This document shows, in pieces, positions 1-8,976 of a stretch of 64,000 nucleotides of DNA. The number at the start of each line of letters is the position of its first letter. The stretch's first letter is position 1. Source of the stretch: a virus; the IMG/VR virus record IMGVR_UViG_3300020048_000036, positions 1 to 64,000 of that record, one strand, 5' to 3'. Position numbers and translations under genes: made by a program. The notes beneath the pieces were generated by a model. That model saw only the letters and a program-made list of their open reading frames with translations. It had not been told where the DNA came from and made no database searches.

Positions 1-152
1 TTTTTTACCATTGTTTACCTTGCTGGCAACCTTGATGGGTTTTACGACCATTAGGTAACCTAGTAGTAGTGCAACTAGTAAAGAGTAAAGTTGAAGCAAT
101 AAACAATACAATAAAATGTTTCATAATATAAAGTTAAAGGTTACGATATTGT

Positions 153-812
153 TTAATCTACGTGCTCCATTACATAAAAGTCAAGCGATATTTTATCTGT
201 TTCATAGTTATACTCAACTGCTCCACCATTTTCGTAGGTAAGTGAATAACCATTGTAGCTATTGCTAACTTCTTCGCCATTGATACTACCGTATATATCC
301 ACGTTGCCTGTAAGGTAGCCGTTTAGCTTAAAACAACGGGTATCAGTATAGCCACCACGAACATCAGCACCTCCATGAATTTGCAGCAAGGCATATTTGT
401 TGCCATCATAGTTGAACGTAATGAATAATAAAATTTGCGATAGGTTATTTTCGTGGTTGTATGTATTTACAACTGTACCTGTCGAAATTATAGCATCTTC
501 GTACTTTTGCATCAGCAATTCAAAACAACTTTGTACCCAATGCGCATCTATATCGCTGTTCTTGCGTTTGCGCTTAAAAAATGCGTTAACCTTGTCAGAA
601 AATTGGTCAGTATCAAGTACCTCGCTAAGGTAGTGAAACGTACTAACGGTTTGGTAGTCGCTCTCAATAGTTACCCTAGGCTCTTCAAGGAAATTTTTAC
701 CTTGGTTGCGCTGCCATGCTCTGTTATTGCTGCCACCACTGTCCCCAATGTGTTTACCTGTATTTTCGGTTAACATTGCAATAATCTGCTTTTGAATCTT
801 AGTAACCCTCAT
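153..812 (-). CDS. Conserved-looking phage hypothetical protein (early region)
   Basis: 219-aa ORF, LTENTG..DSGG..R.WQRNQ N-terminal motif, own promoter at ~843-875. Confidence 0.75.
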   Translation of the reverse strand: MRVTKIQKQIIAMLTENTGKHIGDSGGSNNRAWQRNQGKNFLEEPRVTIESDYQTVSTFHYLSEVLDTDQFSDKVNAFFKRKRKNSDIDAHWVQSCFELLMQKYEDAIISTGTVVNTYNHENNLSQILLFITFNYDGNKYALLQIHGGADVRGGYTDTRCFKLNGYLTGNVDIYGSINGEEVSNSYNGYSLTYENGGAVEYNYETDKISLDFYVMEHVD

Positions 813-842
813 AGCTGTATTTTATAACTGTTTAACAATGAT

Positions 843-875
843 GTAAAGATAAATAAAGTTTTTGACTTGCGCAAC
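843..875 (-). promoter_or_regulatory. Bacteroidota-type sigma70 promoter for 153..812
   Basis: minus strand reads TTGCG...TATCTTTACA, matching the -33/-7 (TAnnTTTG-like) consensus. Confidence 0.6.
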
Positions 876-952
876 TATTTTTGAAAATTTACTGAATTGG
901 CTCTGTTTTTTCTTTCAAAATAAGGTCAATTTCAGAAACGCTAATAGGTATA

Positions 953-1033
953 TTATTCCCTAGCTTTACTAATTTGCTTGTCAATAAGATAGAAAAATAC
1001 AGTATATACTATTACTCCTGCTATTACTTGCAT
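953..1033 (-). CDS. Small hydrophobic peptide MQVIAGVIVYTVFFYLIDKQISKARE (26 aa), not in the ORF track
   Basis: ATG preceded by A-rich leader AAAACAAAAAT; one TM-like segment; TAA stop. Confidence 0.45.
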   Translation of the reverse strand: MQVIAGVIVYTVFFYLIDKQISKARE

Positions 1034-1113
1034 ATTTTTGTTTTTACAGGTCAATTAAATAACTATCAGTTTCGCAATTAAGGCATTTACATAGCTGTTC
1101 CATTGTTTTAGTT

Positions 1114-1452
1114 TTAATACCCCGATACAGAAACATTTTGGTTTTGCAAATAAGATTGGCTCTCCCATTCCTCCTCATCAGGATTGGTAATGTTATGAAA
1201 GTATTGCTTCAATTGCTCCGCAATATTAGCTAACTTTTCAGCCTTTTTGTCGGAAATTGGTTTGTTGTAGGCTTGTATTGTGTTATTTTCGCACACACGA
1301 CCTAACATACCCCCTCCTAAGTAGTTTTGGTAAGCACTCATACGCTCACCTTTAAAACCTAATGTAGTTAGGTCAATTTCAATCCCCCCTCCCCTATGGC
1401 TAATTTCTTGCCTTAATGTTATTGCTTCAAAGTTGATTGCTTTCGTTGCCAT
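1114..1452 (-). CDS. Phage hypothetical protein
   Basis: 112-aa ORF with promoter at 1474-1507. Confidence 0.75.
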   Translation of the reverse strand: MATKAINFEAITLRQEISHRGGGIEIDLTTLGFKGERMSAYQNYLGGGMLGRVCENNTIQAYNKPISDKKAEKLANIAEQLKQYFHNITNPDEEEWESQSYLQNQNVSVSGY

Positions 1453-1473
1453 GATGTTTTGCTTTTAGTACAT

Positions 1474-1507
1474 TGTAAAGATAAACAATTATTTTTAGAC
1501 TACCAAA
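1474..1507 (-). promoter_or_regulatory. Core promoter TTTGG-N19-TATCTTTACA
   Basis: same 24-nt offset between TTTGG and TA as in the other promoters. Confidence 0.7.
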
Positions 1508-1519
1508 CTTTTTTTTCAA

Positions 1520-1759
1520 TTATTCTAAGCAAGTTCCACAAAAGTCCATTTCCACCTGTGGATATTGTTTTTCTAAATATACGTTTAACCTTTCCTTGCT
1601 TCTAAAGTTTTTTATCTTTACTTTATCGCTCCACGGGTTTTGGTATTGATACTCTTTTATTATAGCCACGTAGCCACCTTTAAATACTTTGCCCTTGCTA
1701 GGTACTAATAAGATATTGTCGGTTAGTACATTCTCTCTTAAAATAAATTCACTTGCCAT
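1520..1759 (-). CDS. Phage hypothetical protein (start revised to ATG 1759, MASEFIL...)
   Basis: a TATATTTGTA -7 box at 1781-1790 lies inside the longer track ORF, favouring the downstream ATG. Confidence 0.7.
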   Translation of the reverse strand: MASEFILRENVLTDNILLVPSKGKVFKGGYVAIIKEYQYQNPWSDKVKIKNFRSKERLNVYLEKQYPQVEMDFCGTCLE

Positions 1760-1813
1760 TACCTGTGTTTTAAAGTACGATACAAATATAGGCATACTAT
1801 TTGAATTGTGCAA

Positions 1814-2014
1814 CTATTTTTGTAAATAATTATTACTTTTTTTTAGGTCTACTCTAAATGCGTATAAATGTGCTTGCTTAGTCCATTTAAAAAACTCAAA
1901 AGAGTTGCTAAAAGATGGGCTATTTTGTTTGCCATTTTCATCTACTGTAAAGGTTTTACCTTTTTGCCCTAATGAATCGGTACAAGCTATATGTAATTTT
2001 CTAGTTGCAAACAT
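1814..2014 (-). CDS. Phage hypothetical protein
   Basis: 66-aa ORF; TATATTTGTA -7 box at 2043-2052. Confidence 0.65.
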   Translation of the reverse strand: MFATRKLHIACTDSLGQKGKTFTVDENGKQNSPSFSNSFEFFKWTKQAHLYAFRVDLKKSNNYLQK

Positions 2015-2226
2015 TGTAAAAGTGTTTAGTGATTAACAACGATACAAATATAGGTAGTTATTTGTTAGGTTGTACTATCTAATTGTAAAAAAAGTTGTAG
2101 GATTATTTTAAGTAGTTGATTTTCAGGCTAATAAAATACTTTTGCGAAAAAACTTTCATTACCCTATTGACAATACAAAAACATTACCCTATCTTTGAGG
2201 TATTATTAATCATTAAAGGAAACAAG

Positions 2227-2391
2227 ATGAAAACCAGAAAACAGTATGAGCAATATTTAAACGAGATTGCGCCCGATTATGATAGTGAAAATTGGATAAT
2301 AGGAGGTAAGCGTAGAAGAGGCAACTACGGTGCTGCAATACGTAAATATGACCCCATTGCTTTTAATGTTGGATATGGTGAATGGAAATAA
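2227..2391 (+). CDS. Small phage protein (start revised to ATG 2227, MKTRKQ...YDPIAFNVGYGEWK)
   Basis: promoter TTGACA...TATCTTTGA at ~2166-2198 inside the track ORF. Confidence 0.7.
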   Translation: MKTRKQYEQYLNEIAPDYDSENWIIGGKRRRGNYGAAIRKYDPIAFNVGYGEWK

Positions 2392-2524
2392 TAATTCCGC
2401 AAATAAACTACCTACTCAATAAACCATACAACCTATTACTATAAAATTAATGTGTCAAAAGCCTTGACAATGTAAAAAATTATACCGTACTTTGTAGCAT
2501 ACTTAAACACTTAAAAAAGACGTT

Positions 2525-2737
2525 ATGCAAAAATACACCTTGAAAAAAGATAAGTTCAACACAGGTAACGACACAATTTATAGGTTAGAACCCTATTTTA
2601 ATGACACTGTACCTACTGCCATTATAAACCACGAAAATAAGACCGTAAGACCTTGCCACGGATACTACAGTAAACACCCTTACGCAAAGCTAAACAAGGC
2701 TATTGCCGTTCGTATGGGCTACACTTGGTCTGAGTAA
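2525..2737 (+). CDS. Phage hypothetical protein
   Basis: 70-aa ORF with promoter TTGACA...TACTTTGTA at ~2464-2496. Confidence 0.7.
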   Translation: MQKYTLKKDKFNTGNDTIYRLEPYFNDTVPTAIINHENKTVRPCHGYYSKHPYAKLNKAIAVRMGYTWSE

Positions 2738-2764
2738 CTAACTCAACATAACCAAACAATACTA

Positions 2765-2795
2765 AGCCTTAACCCTAATACGGTTAGGGCTTTTT
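2765..2795 (+). terminator. Intrinsic terminator
   Basis: AGCCTTAACC/GGTTAGGGCT stem, 7-nt loop, T-tract. Confidence 0.8.
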
Positions 2796-2807
2796 GGCGT
2801 ATAGTAA

Positions 2808-2847
2808 ATAAAAAGACCTGCCAACATAAAATATAGTTAACAGGTCT
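2808..2847 (-). terminator. Intrinsic terminator, convergent with 2765-2795
   Basis: minus strand AGACCTGTTAAC/GTTGGCAGGTCT stem followed by Ts. Confidence 0.65.
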
Positions 2848-3247
2848 AAAGAATGATATTAAATAATGATTAGATTAGTCTAGCATTGTATTATAGTGTT
2901 GATAGATAGTAGATAGTTGTATAAAATAAATGTTTGCCCTGAAAATAAAAGGCTTCCAAAAAATATCGTATGTTAATTAGTTTGTATTATTATAGGTGGG
3001 GGGTACTTTGGTTTTTTTAGTTGGTGGGGGGTTGGTCTGTGTATTGGTTGCACAAGATAGAGCTTAGGCCCCTCACCACAAATAATTTTTTTTTTTTAAT
3101 TTCCCCCTGTAACTATTTTTTTTTAGATTGACGGAGCAACTGTCGGGGGCTATTGACGGACCTAATATAAATCCTTTACTGTATCCCTATGGGAGTTTTT
3201 ATGTATAATCTCCGCACGTTTCTTTAAGAACCTGTACCTGCTTTCTG

Positions 3248-3457
3248 TTAAGTGTAAAGGGGGCCAAAGTTTAATCTAGCGTACCATCCATTTGATAACA
3301 TAGCCCTGTATCCCCCTAATCCGTCTAGTCCTATGTAGTTTACTTTTTGACCGAAGTAATCAGGTTCGTTATTTTTCCATGAGCATAATAGTTTTTCATT
3401 CTTGTTGGTGAATAATATGAAGTAACCTTTCTTGTTGTGTTTGTTTAGTTTTTCCAT
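3248..3457 (-). CDS. Hypothetical protein
   Basis: 69-aa ORF in a co-oriented run. Confidence 0.6.
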   Translation of the reverse strand: MEKLNKHNKKGYFILFTNKNEKLLCSWKNNEPDYFGQKVNYIGLDGLGGYRAMLSNGWYARLNFGPLYT

Positions 3458-3609
3458 AATATGTTTTTTGTATGTTAATACAGGTTTTTGGCGAAAAATT
3501 TAGTTTCACCTACCATAAAAATCCCCTCTAGGTGACTTTGCTGTAATACAGACTACAGTTAGTTCTTAGGATTTTGGAAAGATACTTTTTTCGTTAAAAA
3601 CCAGGACAT

Positions 3610-3810
3610 TTACCCTAATTGAACTAGTCTATTATATAACACTATAGCGGGGTCTATTTCACCTCGTTCTAATTGGGGGATACTTAAATAATCCATTGTT
3701 TTTGACCTACTTAGGTAAGTTACACTACCTAGTGCTGCTTTTATTAATTCTATCTCCCTAGGTGTTTCTAAAGTGACTATTATTTTTCCTTTCTTTAGTT
3801 CTGTTATCAT
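3610..3810 (-). CDS. Hypothetical protein
   Basis: 66-aa ORF, ATGA overlap with upstream gene. Confidence 0.65.
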   Translation of the reverse strand: MITELKKGKIIVTLETPREIELIKAALGSVTYLSRSKTMDYLSIPQLERGEIDPAIVLYNRLVQLG

Positions 3811-4274
3811 GGTTTTGTGGGGTTTTTGGCGAAATTATCTAATGCTAGTTGGTTCTTTATTTTTTCGTAACTTAGGTATTCTTGTAGTTCTTTTTGGAGA
3901 ACTTGTTCTTTGCGGATTTTTTCCGTTGTGATTATATAATTTTTCTGCCCCCTCAACCTTTTTTGGTATTCTTCTTCCATTTCTTGTCTTGTATTAGTGT
4001 AGTTAAATTGGTTGCCCTCAAAATCATAATCAGAACCGTATATTTGAGGGTCTATTGTTATAATAGTTGCCCCTGCTTCCTTGGCTTTTCTTATATACTC
4101 TTCTAGTACAGAAGTTTCTATGGTTGTACCGTCAGTACTTCCTAGTGTATCACTTTTATCGTTCAAAATTTGGATAGGATAGTTTTCTCGCAAAAAACCC
4201 TCATTGTATTTCTCCTCTAGTTCTTTTTGGTATTCTGACAAGGCTTGCTTTAGTTCTTCTTTAGATTTTATCAT
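3807..4274 (-). CDS. Hypothetical protein (coiled-coil rich)
   Basis: 155-aa ORF, AAACC-ATG leader. Confidence 0.75.
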   Translation of the reverse strand: MIKSKEELKQALSEYQKELEEKYNEGFLRENYPIQILNDKSDTLGSTDGTTIETSVLEEYIRKAKEAGATIITIDPQIYGSDYDFEGNQFNYTNTRQEMEEEYQKRLRGQKNYIITTEKIRKEQVLQKELQEYLSYEKIKNQLALDNFAKNPTKP

Positions 4275-4407
4275 GGTTTATCTGTTTTGTACTACAATAT
4301 TAGTTCTTTATTTTGGGATTTCCAAATTTTTGTCCATTTTATTTGTGTTTTTCTCACAAAAAGTACCTTACTTGGACATGTGTTCATGTTATTGTCCAAG
4401 CTAGGGG

Positions 4408-4701
4408 TTAAATATTCAAGTACTTTCTTGCCATACTAGCATATATAGGTGTGTTGCCTAGAGATACGTTACCGTCTGTTCCGTTTATGCTTAACATGTA
4501 GGCTTTGTGTGCTGCTACGTTTTCTTCGTTGTATTCTGTGGTGTAGATTAAATTGTATTTGTCTATTTGGTTTTGTATTCCTTGTTTTAGTATCTTGCAT
4601 TCTTCAAATCTTTCTTCTTCCCCTAGTTGTTTTAGAAGAAATGTCATTGGTAGTATCGAGTATGTGAAACATGCTTTTTGTACTTCTTTTACATTTATCA
4701 T
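4408..4701 (-). CDS. Hypothetical protein
   Basis: 97-aa ORF. Confidence 0.7.
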   Translation of the reverse strand: MINVKEVQKACFTYSILPMTFLLKQLGEEERFEECKILKQGIQNQIDKYNLIYTTEYNEENVAAHKAYMLSINGTDGNVSLGNTPIYASMARKYLNI

Positions 4702-4844
4702 GGTTGTATAGTTATTAACTTTGAGAATAAGGGCTTTTTGCGGAGAAATGGTGGCTTAAATTAGAAAAGGCAACCCCAACATCAACTAGTGTCAGAATCG
4801 CCTCTTAGAATTGCTTAAAATTAATAGTAAATTATTTGTTAATA

Positions 4845-5141
4845 CTATTCGTAGAAATAAATCCGTTCCTCAACTAACTTTTTGTATTGCCTCCAAGCCC
4901 AATGCCTACACTTAAACTCCCAGTCTATATCCTCGTGCATCTCTACAACCTTTTCCTTAGATAAACACATTATCATTACGTATGTGAAAGGGTATTGTAT
5001 GGTTTCTACAAGCCAGTCATAAGGTGGTATGTAAATTCGGAGAAGGAAGTTAATTGGCGAAATAATTAGTCCGTAACAAAAATAGGCTAATATTAACGTC
5101 AAAATTATTATCGCTATTCCACCGTAGAGTTCAAGAAACAT
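4845..5141 (-). CDS. Predicted membrane protein
   Basis: hydrophobic N-terminal helix; abuts upstream gene. Confidence 0.65.
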   Translation of the reverse strand: MFLELYGGIAIIILTLILAYFCYGLIISPINFLLRIYIPPYDWLVETIQYPFTYVMIMCLSKEKVVEMHEDIDWEFKCRHWAWRQYKKLVEERIYFYE

Positions 5142-5142
5142 G

Positions 5143-5505
5143 TTAGTTTAGTTGAGGGTCAAATATCCTTGCGATAGAATGTACTTGGTTTACTGACTTC
5201 ATAATATCGTTGTCTACAATAACAAATACTCCTAGATGTTTTAGTTCTTCCGCAAATTCCGTTAGTGCTTTCTTTTGGTAAAAGTCCATTCCTTCGGGAA
5301 TTATTTGGAATATTGTATGGATGTTAGGGTTCTTTGAGGATTCAAAGATTTCGTTTGTCAAAGATATTTTACTCTCAACATCAATAACATACAACATTAT
5401 AGTTGCTTCGTCTTTGTTTAAGGTAATTTGTACTTGTGATTTTTTCGCCAAAACATCTACAAACTCTAAAGTTTTTGATGTACTTGCAATATACAGTTTC
5501 TCCAT
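5143..5505 (-). CDS. Hypothetical protein, possibly a degenerate nucleoside 2-deoxyribosyltransferase-like fold
   Basis: LYVI...E..ESSK.P...TIF...F.Q.K.L pattern; family call is weak. Confidence 0.6.
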   Translation of the reverse strand: MEKLYIASTSKTLEFVDVLAKKSQVQITLNKDEATIMLYVIDVESKISLTNEIFESSKNPNIHTIFQIIPEGMDFYQKKALTEFAEELKHLGVFVIVDNDIMKSVNQVHSIARIFDPQLN

Positions 5506-5506
5506 A

Positions 5507-5728
5507 TTATTTATGTTGGTTGGTTATCATTTTAAGAATTTTCTCTGCCGCATTCTCCGCCAAAGTTTTACTACTAAAAGCAAAAGTAGTCCCGTTAGTA
5601 CCATATTCTATATTTACACAATGCTTTTTTATATTGTTACATAAAAAGGTCTCCACATTGGTTACTTGGTTTTTTAGAATACGCCTGTGAGCATCATATT
5701 TAAGATTTACTTCCTTAACAATCCCCAT
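5507..5728 (-). CDS. Hypothetical protein (may be the 3' part of a frameshifted gene starting at 5876)
   Basis: 73-aa ORF; frame stays open upstream without a start codon. Confidence 0.6.
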   Translation of the reverse strand: MGIVKEVNLKYDAHRRILKNQVTNVETFLCNNIKKHCVNIEYGTNGTTFAFSSKTLAENAAEKILKMITNQHK

Positions 5729-5883
5729 ATCTTCATCCTCCTCCTCCGTTGTTACAGAGGCTTTGGTTATTACAGAAATATAACCAATATTATCAATGAT
5801 TTCTTGGGGGTTCGCTGGTAATAACTATTTCCTTTTTAAAAATAGGTATATAAGGTAGTACTATTTTAGTTTCCATACAATTT

Positions 5884-6087
5884 TTATTTAAGATAGTTAG
5901 TCCAAAAAGTCCTTATTGTACTCTTACAAGCACCACATTTTTGATTTGACGGTTGAGGTGAAACGTACTTGTGATATAGGTTAAACAAATTTGATACAGA
6001 AGTTTTTGAAGGCCAATCCGCTAGTTGCAGTATTGCGAAGTTCCTTTCCTCTGCTGTTAGGTTTGAAATTCCTAAAGGTTTTTCCAT
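5884..6087 (-). CDS. Small CxxC protein
   Basis: KCGACK motif; tightly packed. Confidence 0.7.
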   Translation of the reverse strand: MEKPLGISNLTAEERNFAILQLADWPSKTSVSNLFNLYHKYVSPQPSNQKCGACKSTIRTFWTNYLK

Positions 6088-6088
6088 A

Positions 6089-6400
6089 CTACAACTTGAT
6101 TTGTGTTGGTGCTGGTACTATTCCCGCAATACCTTCTTCTTTAACTGCGATGTATTTTTCACCATTATAAGTAAATCCAGTTCCAATAAGAGGCATATGC
6201 ACAACATAATCCCCCACCTTAACAAATTTTATATCCACCCCTACAGCTTCAACAGTACTTACATCAAATTCTCCTGATGGTCCTCCTGCTGATAAACTTA
6301 ATACACCTGCTTCAACTGTTTTCCAAGTCTTTCCAGTGCTTTTAAGTATTACTCGCTCTCCTTGGAGCTTGATTCCCGATTCTCTGATTGTGTGTTCCAT
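6089..6400 (-). CDS. groES: Co-chaperonin GroES-like (Cpn10)
   Basis: GERVILK...mobile loop...VEAVG....VKVGDYV...GEKYIAVKEEGIAGIV pattern. Confidence 0.85.
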   Translation of the reverse strand: MEHTIRESGIKLQGERVILKSTGKTWKTVEAGVLSLSAGGPSGEFDVSTVEAVGVDIKFVKVGDYVVHMPLIGTGFTYNGEKYIAVKEEGIAGIVPAPTQIKL

Positions 6401-6609
6401 ATTACTTTTGGTGTTTCCTCTGCTTGAGGTTCTTGTTTTAAAATTGGTTTGTTAATTCCTTTTTTTTGTATAAATATTTCCAGAAATTGTTTCATATCTT
6501 TATCCCAAACACCTTTTAGTTGAGGGTATTTTTCAAAGAGTTCTTTTGTGGAAATTAGGTATTTGTACTCTTTGTGGGCATCAAAATATACGTCTTCGGA
6601 AAGTTCCAT
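6349..6609 (-). CDS. Hypothetical protein
   Basis: 86-aa ORF. Confidence 0.6.
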   Translation of the reverse strand: MELSEDVYFDAHKEYKYLISTKELFEKYPQLKGVWDKDMKQFLEIFIQKKGINKPILKQEPQAEETPKVIWNTQSENRESSSKESE

Positions 6610-6837
6610 CTATTCTTTTGGTTGTGCGTTTTGATTTAACAACTCCATAAACTTTTGTGCAAGTGCTATGAATACATCCTTTTCTATTAGGTCATAGGTA
6701 GATTCATCCCTTGCTGCAAGTTTCTCGTTAGCTAGTGCTACAATCCCCACACCTTCCTTACCTTCTTCTTTTTGGGCAATCATTATAATACTTTCGTCAC
6801 CATTTGCGTTCTCAAATGTTATTTTTGCTAGTTGCAT
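6610..6837 (-). CDS. Hypothetical protein
   Basis: 75-aa ORF. Confidence 0.7.
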   Translation of the reverse strand: MQLAKITFENANGDESIIMIAQKEEGKEGVGIVALANEKLAARDESTYDLIEKDVFIALAQKFMELLNQNAQPKE

Positions 6838-6838
6838 T

Positions 6839-7147
6839 TTAGTTAAGTGTTATAAGTTCGTTTATCAAATTCTCTACTTCAATCATACAATCCGAATATT
6901 TCTTGTCCTCATTATCTTTTACCCATTCCTCTGGGTTTTTCATAAATTCTATATACTCATCAAAGTATTCTAGTTCGTTGTATATTGTAATGTTAAGATT
7001 TCCTTTTCCAAGGATGAAGTTTTTACCGCCTCCCATTATCTTCTCAGCTTCTTCCCAATCGTTGTCATCAGGTGCATCAAAATCAACTGCTAATGCTCTA
7101 GCTATAAATTCCTTGAAGGAAACCCAATCATAGTTATCTTCTCCCAT
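6839..7147 (-). CDS. Acidic hypothetical protein
   Basis: 102-aa ORF, TAATG coupling. Confidence 0.7.
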   Translation of the reverse strand: MGEDNYDWVSFKEFIARALAVDFDAPDDNDWEEAEKIMGGGKNFILGKGNLNITIYNELEYFDEYIEFMKNPEEWVKDNEDKKYSDCMIEVENLINELITLN

Positions 7148-7509
7148 TATATTAGGTTAATGTGTGGTGTAATTCTTTTTACGAAATCTTCATATGTGTC
7201 AGAAAATAACTGACCTACGTACTCTGGGCCATGTACTAATACTAGTCTTCCTTTTGGTGAGGAAAAGAAATTATGTACCTCTTTTATATTTACCGAAAAT
7301 AAGTTTGTACTATAATTTTTAATGTCATTTTCTAACTCGGAAATACTTGAGTTTTCATCTATACAAACATCACTACAATCATCTGTTATAATACCTAGCC
7401 TGTCTTCTTGTTCTGCGGAGGCTTTTTTACACTCGTCACATTCTAGGTCTTGTTGTAGGTTTGCTTTTCGTGTATATCCTTCTAGTTGTATGAATGTATG
7501 TTTTTCCAT
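7147..7509 (-). CDS. Hypothetical protein with CxxC
   Basis: 120-aa ORF. Confidence 0.7.
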   Translation of the reverse strand: MEKHTFIQLEGYTRKANLQQDLECDECKKASAEQEDRLGIITDDCSDVCIDENSSISELENDIKNYSTNLFSVNIKEVHNFFSSPKGRLVLVHGPEYVGQLFSDTYEDFVKRITPHINLI

Positions 7510-7510
7510 G

Positions 7511-8497
7511 TTATTTGGGGGTTGAAAGTGTCAATTGTTTTTTACTCTTTAAATTTGTTAGTGCTGTGCGGGAACGTCCTATGCTTCCACAATCACCACA
7601 ACGATATGCGGAATAGGTATTTGCGTAAGTACTGTATTCACCTGTCCACTGTAATTTTTCCGAACCACAAGAACTACAACAAGAAACATTTGAGTCAATA
7701 AAAAGACCGATGTTAGGGTGAGGTTTAATCCAAGGACGTAAATGTAAATATACTTCCTCAAGAACCTTTATATCTTGTATATTATACAGTTCCATTTCGT
7801 CCAATGCAGCTTCGTCACCATTATAACACCTGTCCCAAAGACTAAACCCGCTATGTTTTAATTTACCCTCAAGACCTAGTGTTTGCGCAATATAGTCCAG
7901 TTTATTGCTTACAAGTGAGAAAGACCTACGTGCGTGAACAAGAGTATCTATTACTTGGTAAGGCATCGGTGGTGTAAGTCCTGCTTTAAGAAACCTTGTA
8001 TTGACTTTCTTAATATCAAATTTAAGTGCGTTATGTGCCACTACAATATCCGCTTCCTCAAGTAACTGCCATAATTCACCTACAATCCTTGAATCGTTCT
8101 GTTGTATTGCTTCTTGACCTGTAAGCTTACCAGTCATTACTTTATCCTCAAATAACCATTTTGCGCTCCAAGTGATAATGAACCAATCCTTCACAATCAT
8201 TTGGGTATTTGCTGCGGGGTTTTGCTTCCAACCCCCCCACACATACGCCATTATCGGTGCTGTCTCTATGTCAAAGATAAGTATTTTGGCGGGGCTTTTT
8301 TGTTCTTTTGGTTCAGGTATTTTGCCTTCTTGAAGGTCACTTAATACCTCACCTAACCTACGTCTCCAAGAATCAGTGTATGTTATGTTGTTTAACTTAC
8401 AAAATTCCTGTGCTGTAATTGTATAGGATTTATTATTGTTGTATGCTTCTTGTATGCTTGTAATGTGCTTGATTATCAGCTCTTTCTTACTTTGCAT
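7511..8497 (-). CDS. DEDD/RNase H-like 3'-5' exonuclease with C-terminal Zn ribbon (start probably ATG 8497)
   Basis: IFDIET, VAHNALKFD and YNIQD exonuclease motifs; CSSCG...CGDCG. Confidence 0.85.
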   Translation of the reverse strand: MQSKKELIIKHITSIQEAYNNNKSYTITAQEFCKLNNITYTDSWRRRLGEVLSDLQEGKIPEPKEQKSPAKILIFDIETAPIMAYVWGGWKQNPAANTQMIVKDWFIITWSAKWLFEDKVMTGKLTGQEAIQQNDSRIVGELWQLLEEADIVVAHNALKFDIKKVNTRFLKAGLTPPMPYQVIDTLVHARRSFSLVSNKLDYIAQTLGLEGKLKHSGFSLWDRCYNGDEAALDEMELYNIQDIKVLEEVYLHLRPWIKPHPNIGLFIDSNVSCCSSCGSEKLQWTGEYSTYANTYSAYRCGDCGSIGRSRTALTNLKSKKQLTLSTPK

Positions 8498-8499
8498 TG

Positions 8500-8976
8500 T
8501 TAACAGGTTAAGTCGTTCGGCCAAAATTTGCCTAAGATGTTTTGGTTGTAGAACTTATCGGGGTTCCTTAACACGTCCATCTTTATTTGTGCTTCTATTT
8601 CAAGGTATGTTAATTGTTTTGTACAAAACGCAATACCTATTATTTCCTTTGTAATTTTATCTCCTTTCTTGATGTCTGCTTTCAGTTCTTCGTTTGAACC
8701 GCAATATTTTGTCCACGGTCCCTCTACCCTTACTTGGTAAACCCATACAGGTTCTCCTTTCTTGGATGTGGATTTGTTCTTGTGCCGTTTTACTTCCTCG
8801 CCCTTAGCCTTTAAATCCTCAAATACTTTAAGGCTTACCTTCTTCCAACAATACAGGTTTTTCTTTCCAATATAGTTTTTATTCTTTGTTGTATTGTGGA
8901 TGTTGTAGATAAATCCTAATGCGTTTTTTGGAAGTTGTGATGCTTTGGTAACTTCTTTTCCTTTATACTTCCACAT
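8500..8976 (-). CDS. GIY-YIG-like endonuclease
   Basis: GFIY...NYIGKK...YCGSN...YLE...FYN. Confidence 0.7.
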   Translation of the reverse strand: MWKYKGKEVTKASQLPKNALGFIYNIHNTTKNKNYIGKKNLYCWKKVSLKVFEDLKAKGEEVKRHKNKSTSKKGEPVWVYQVRVEGPWTKYCGSNEELKADIKKGDKITKEIIGIAFCTKQLTYLEIEAQIKMDVLRNPDKFYNQNILGKFWPNDLTC

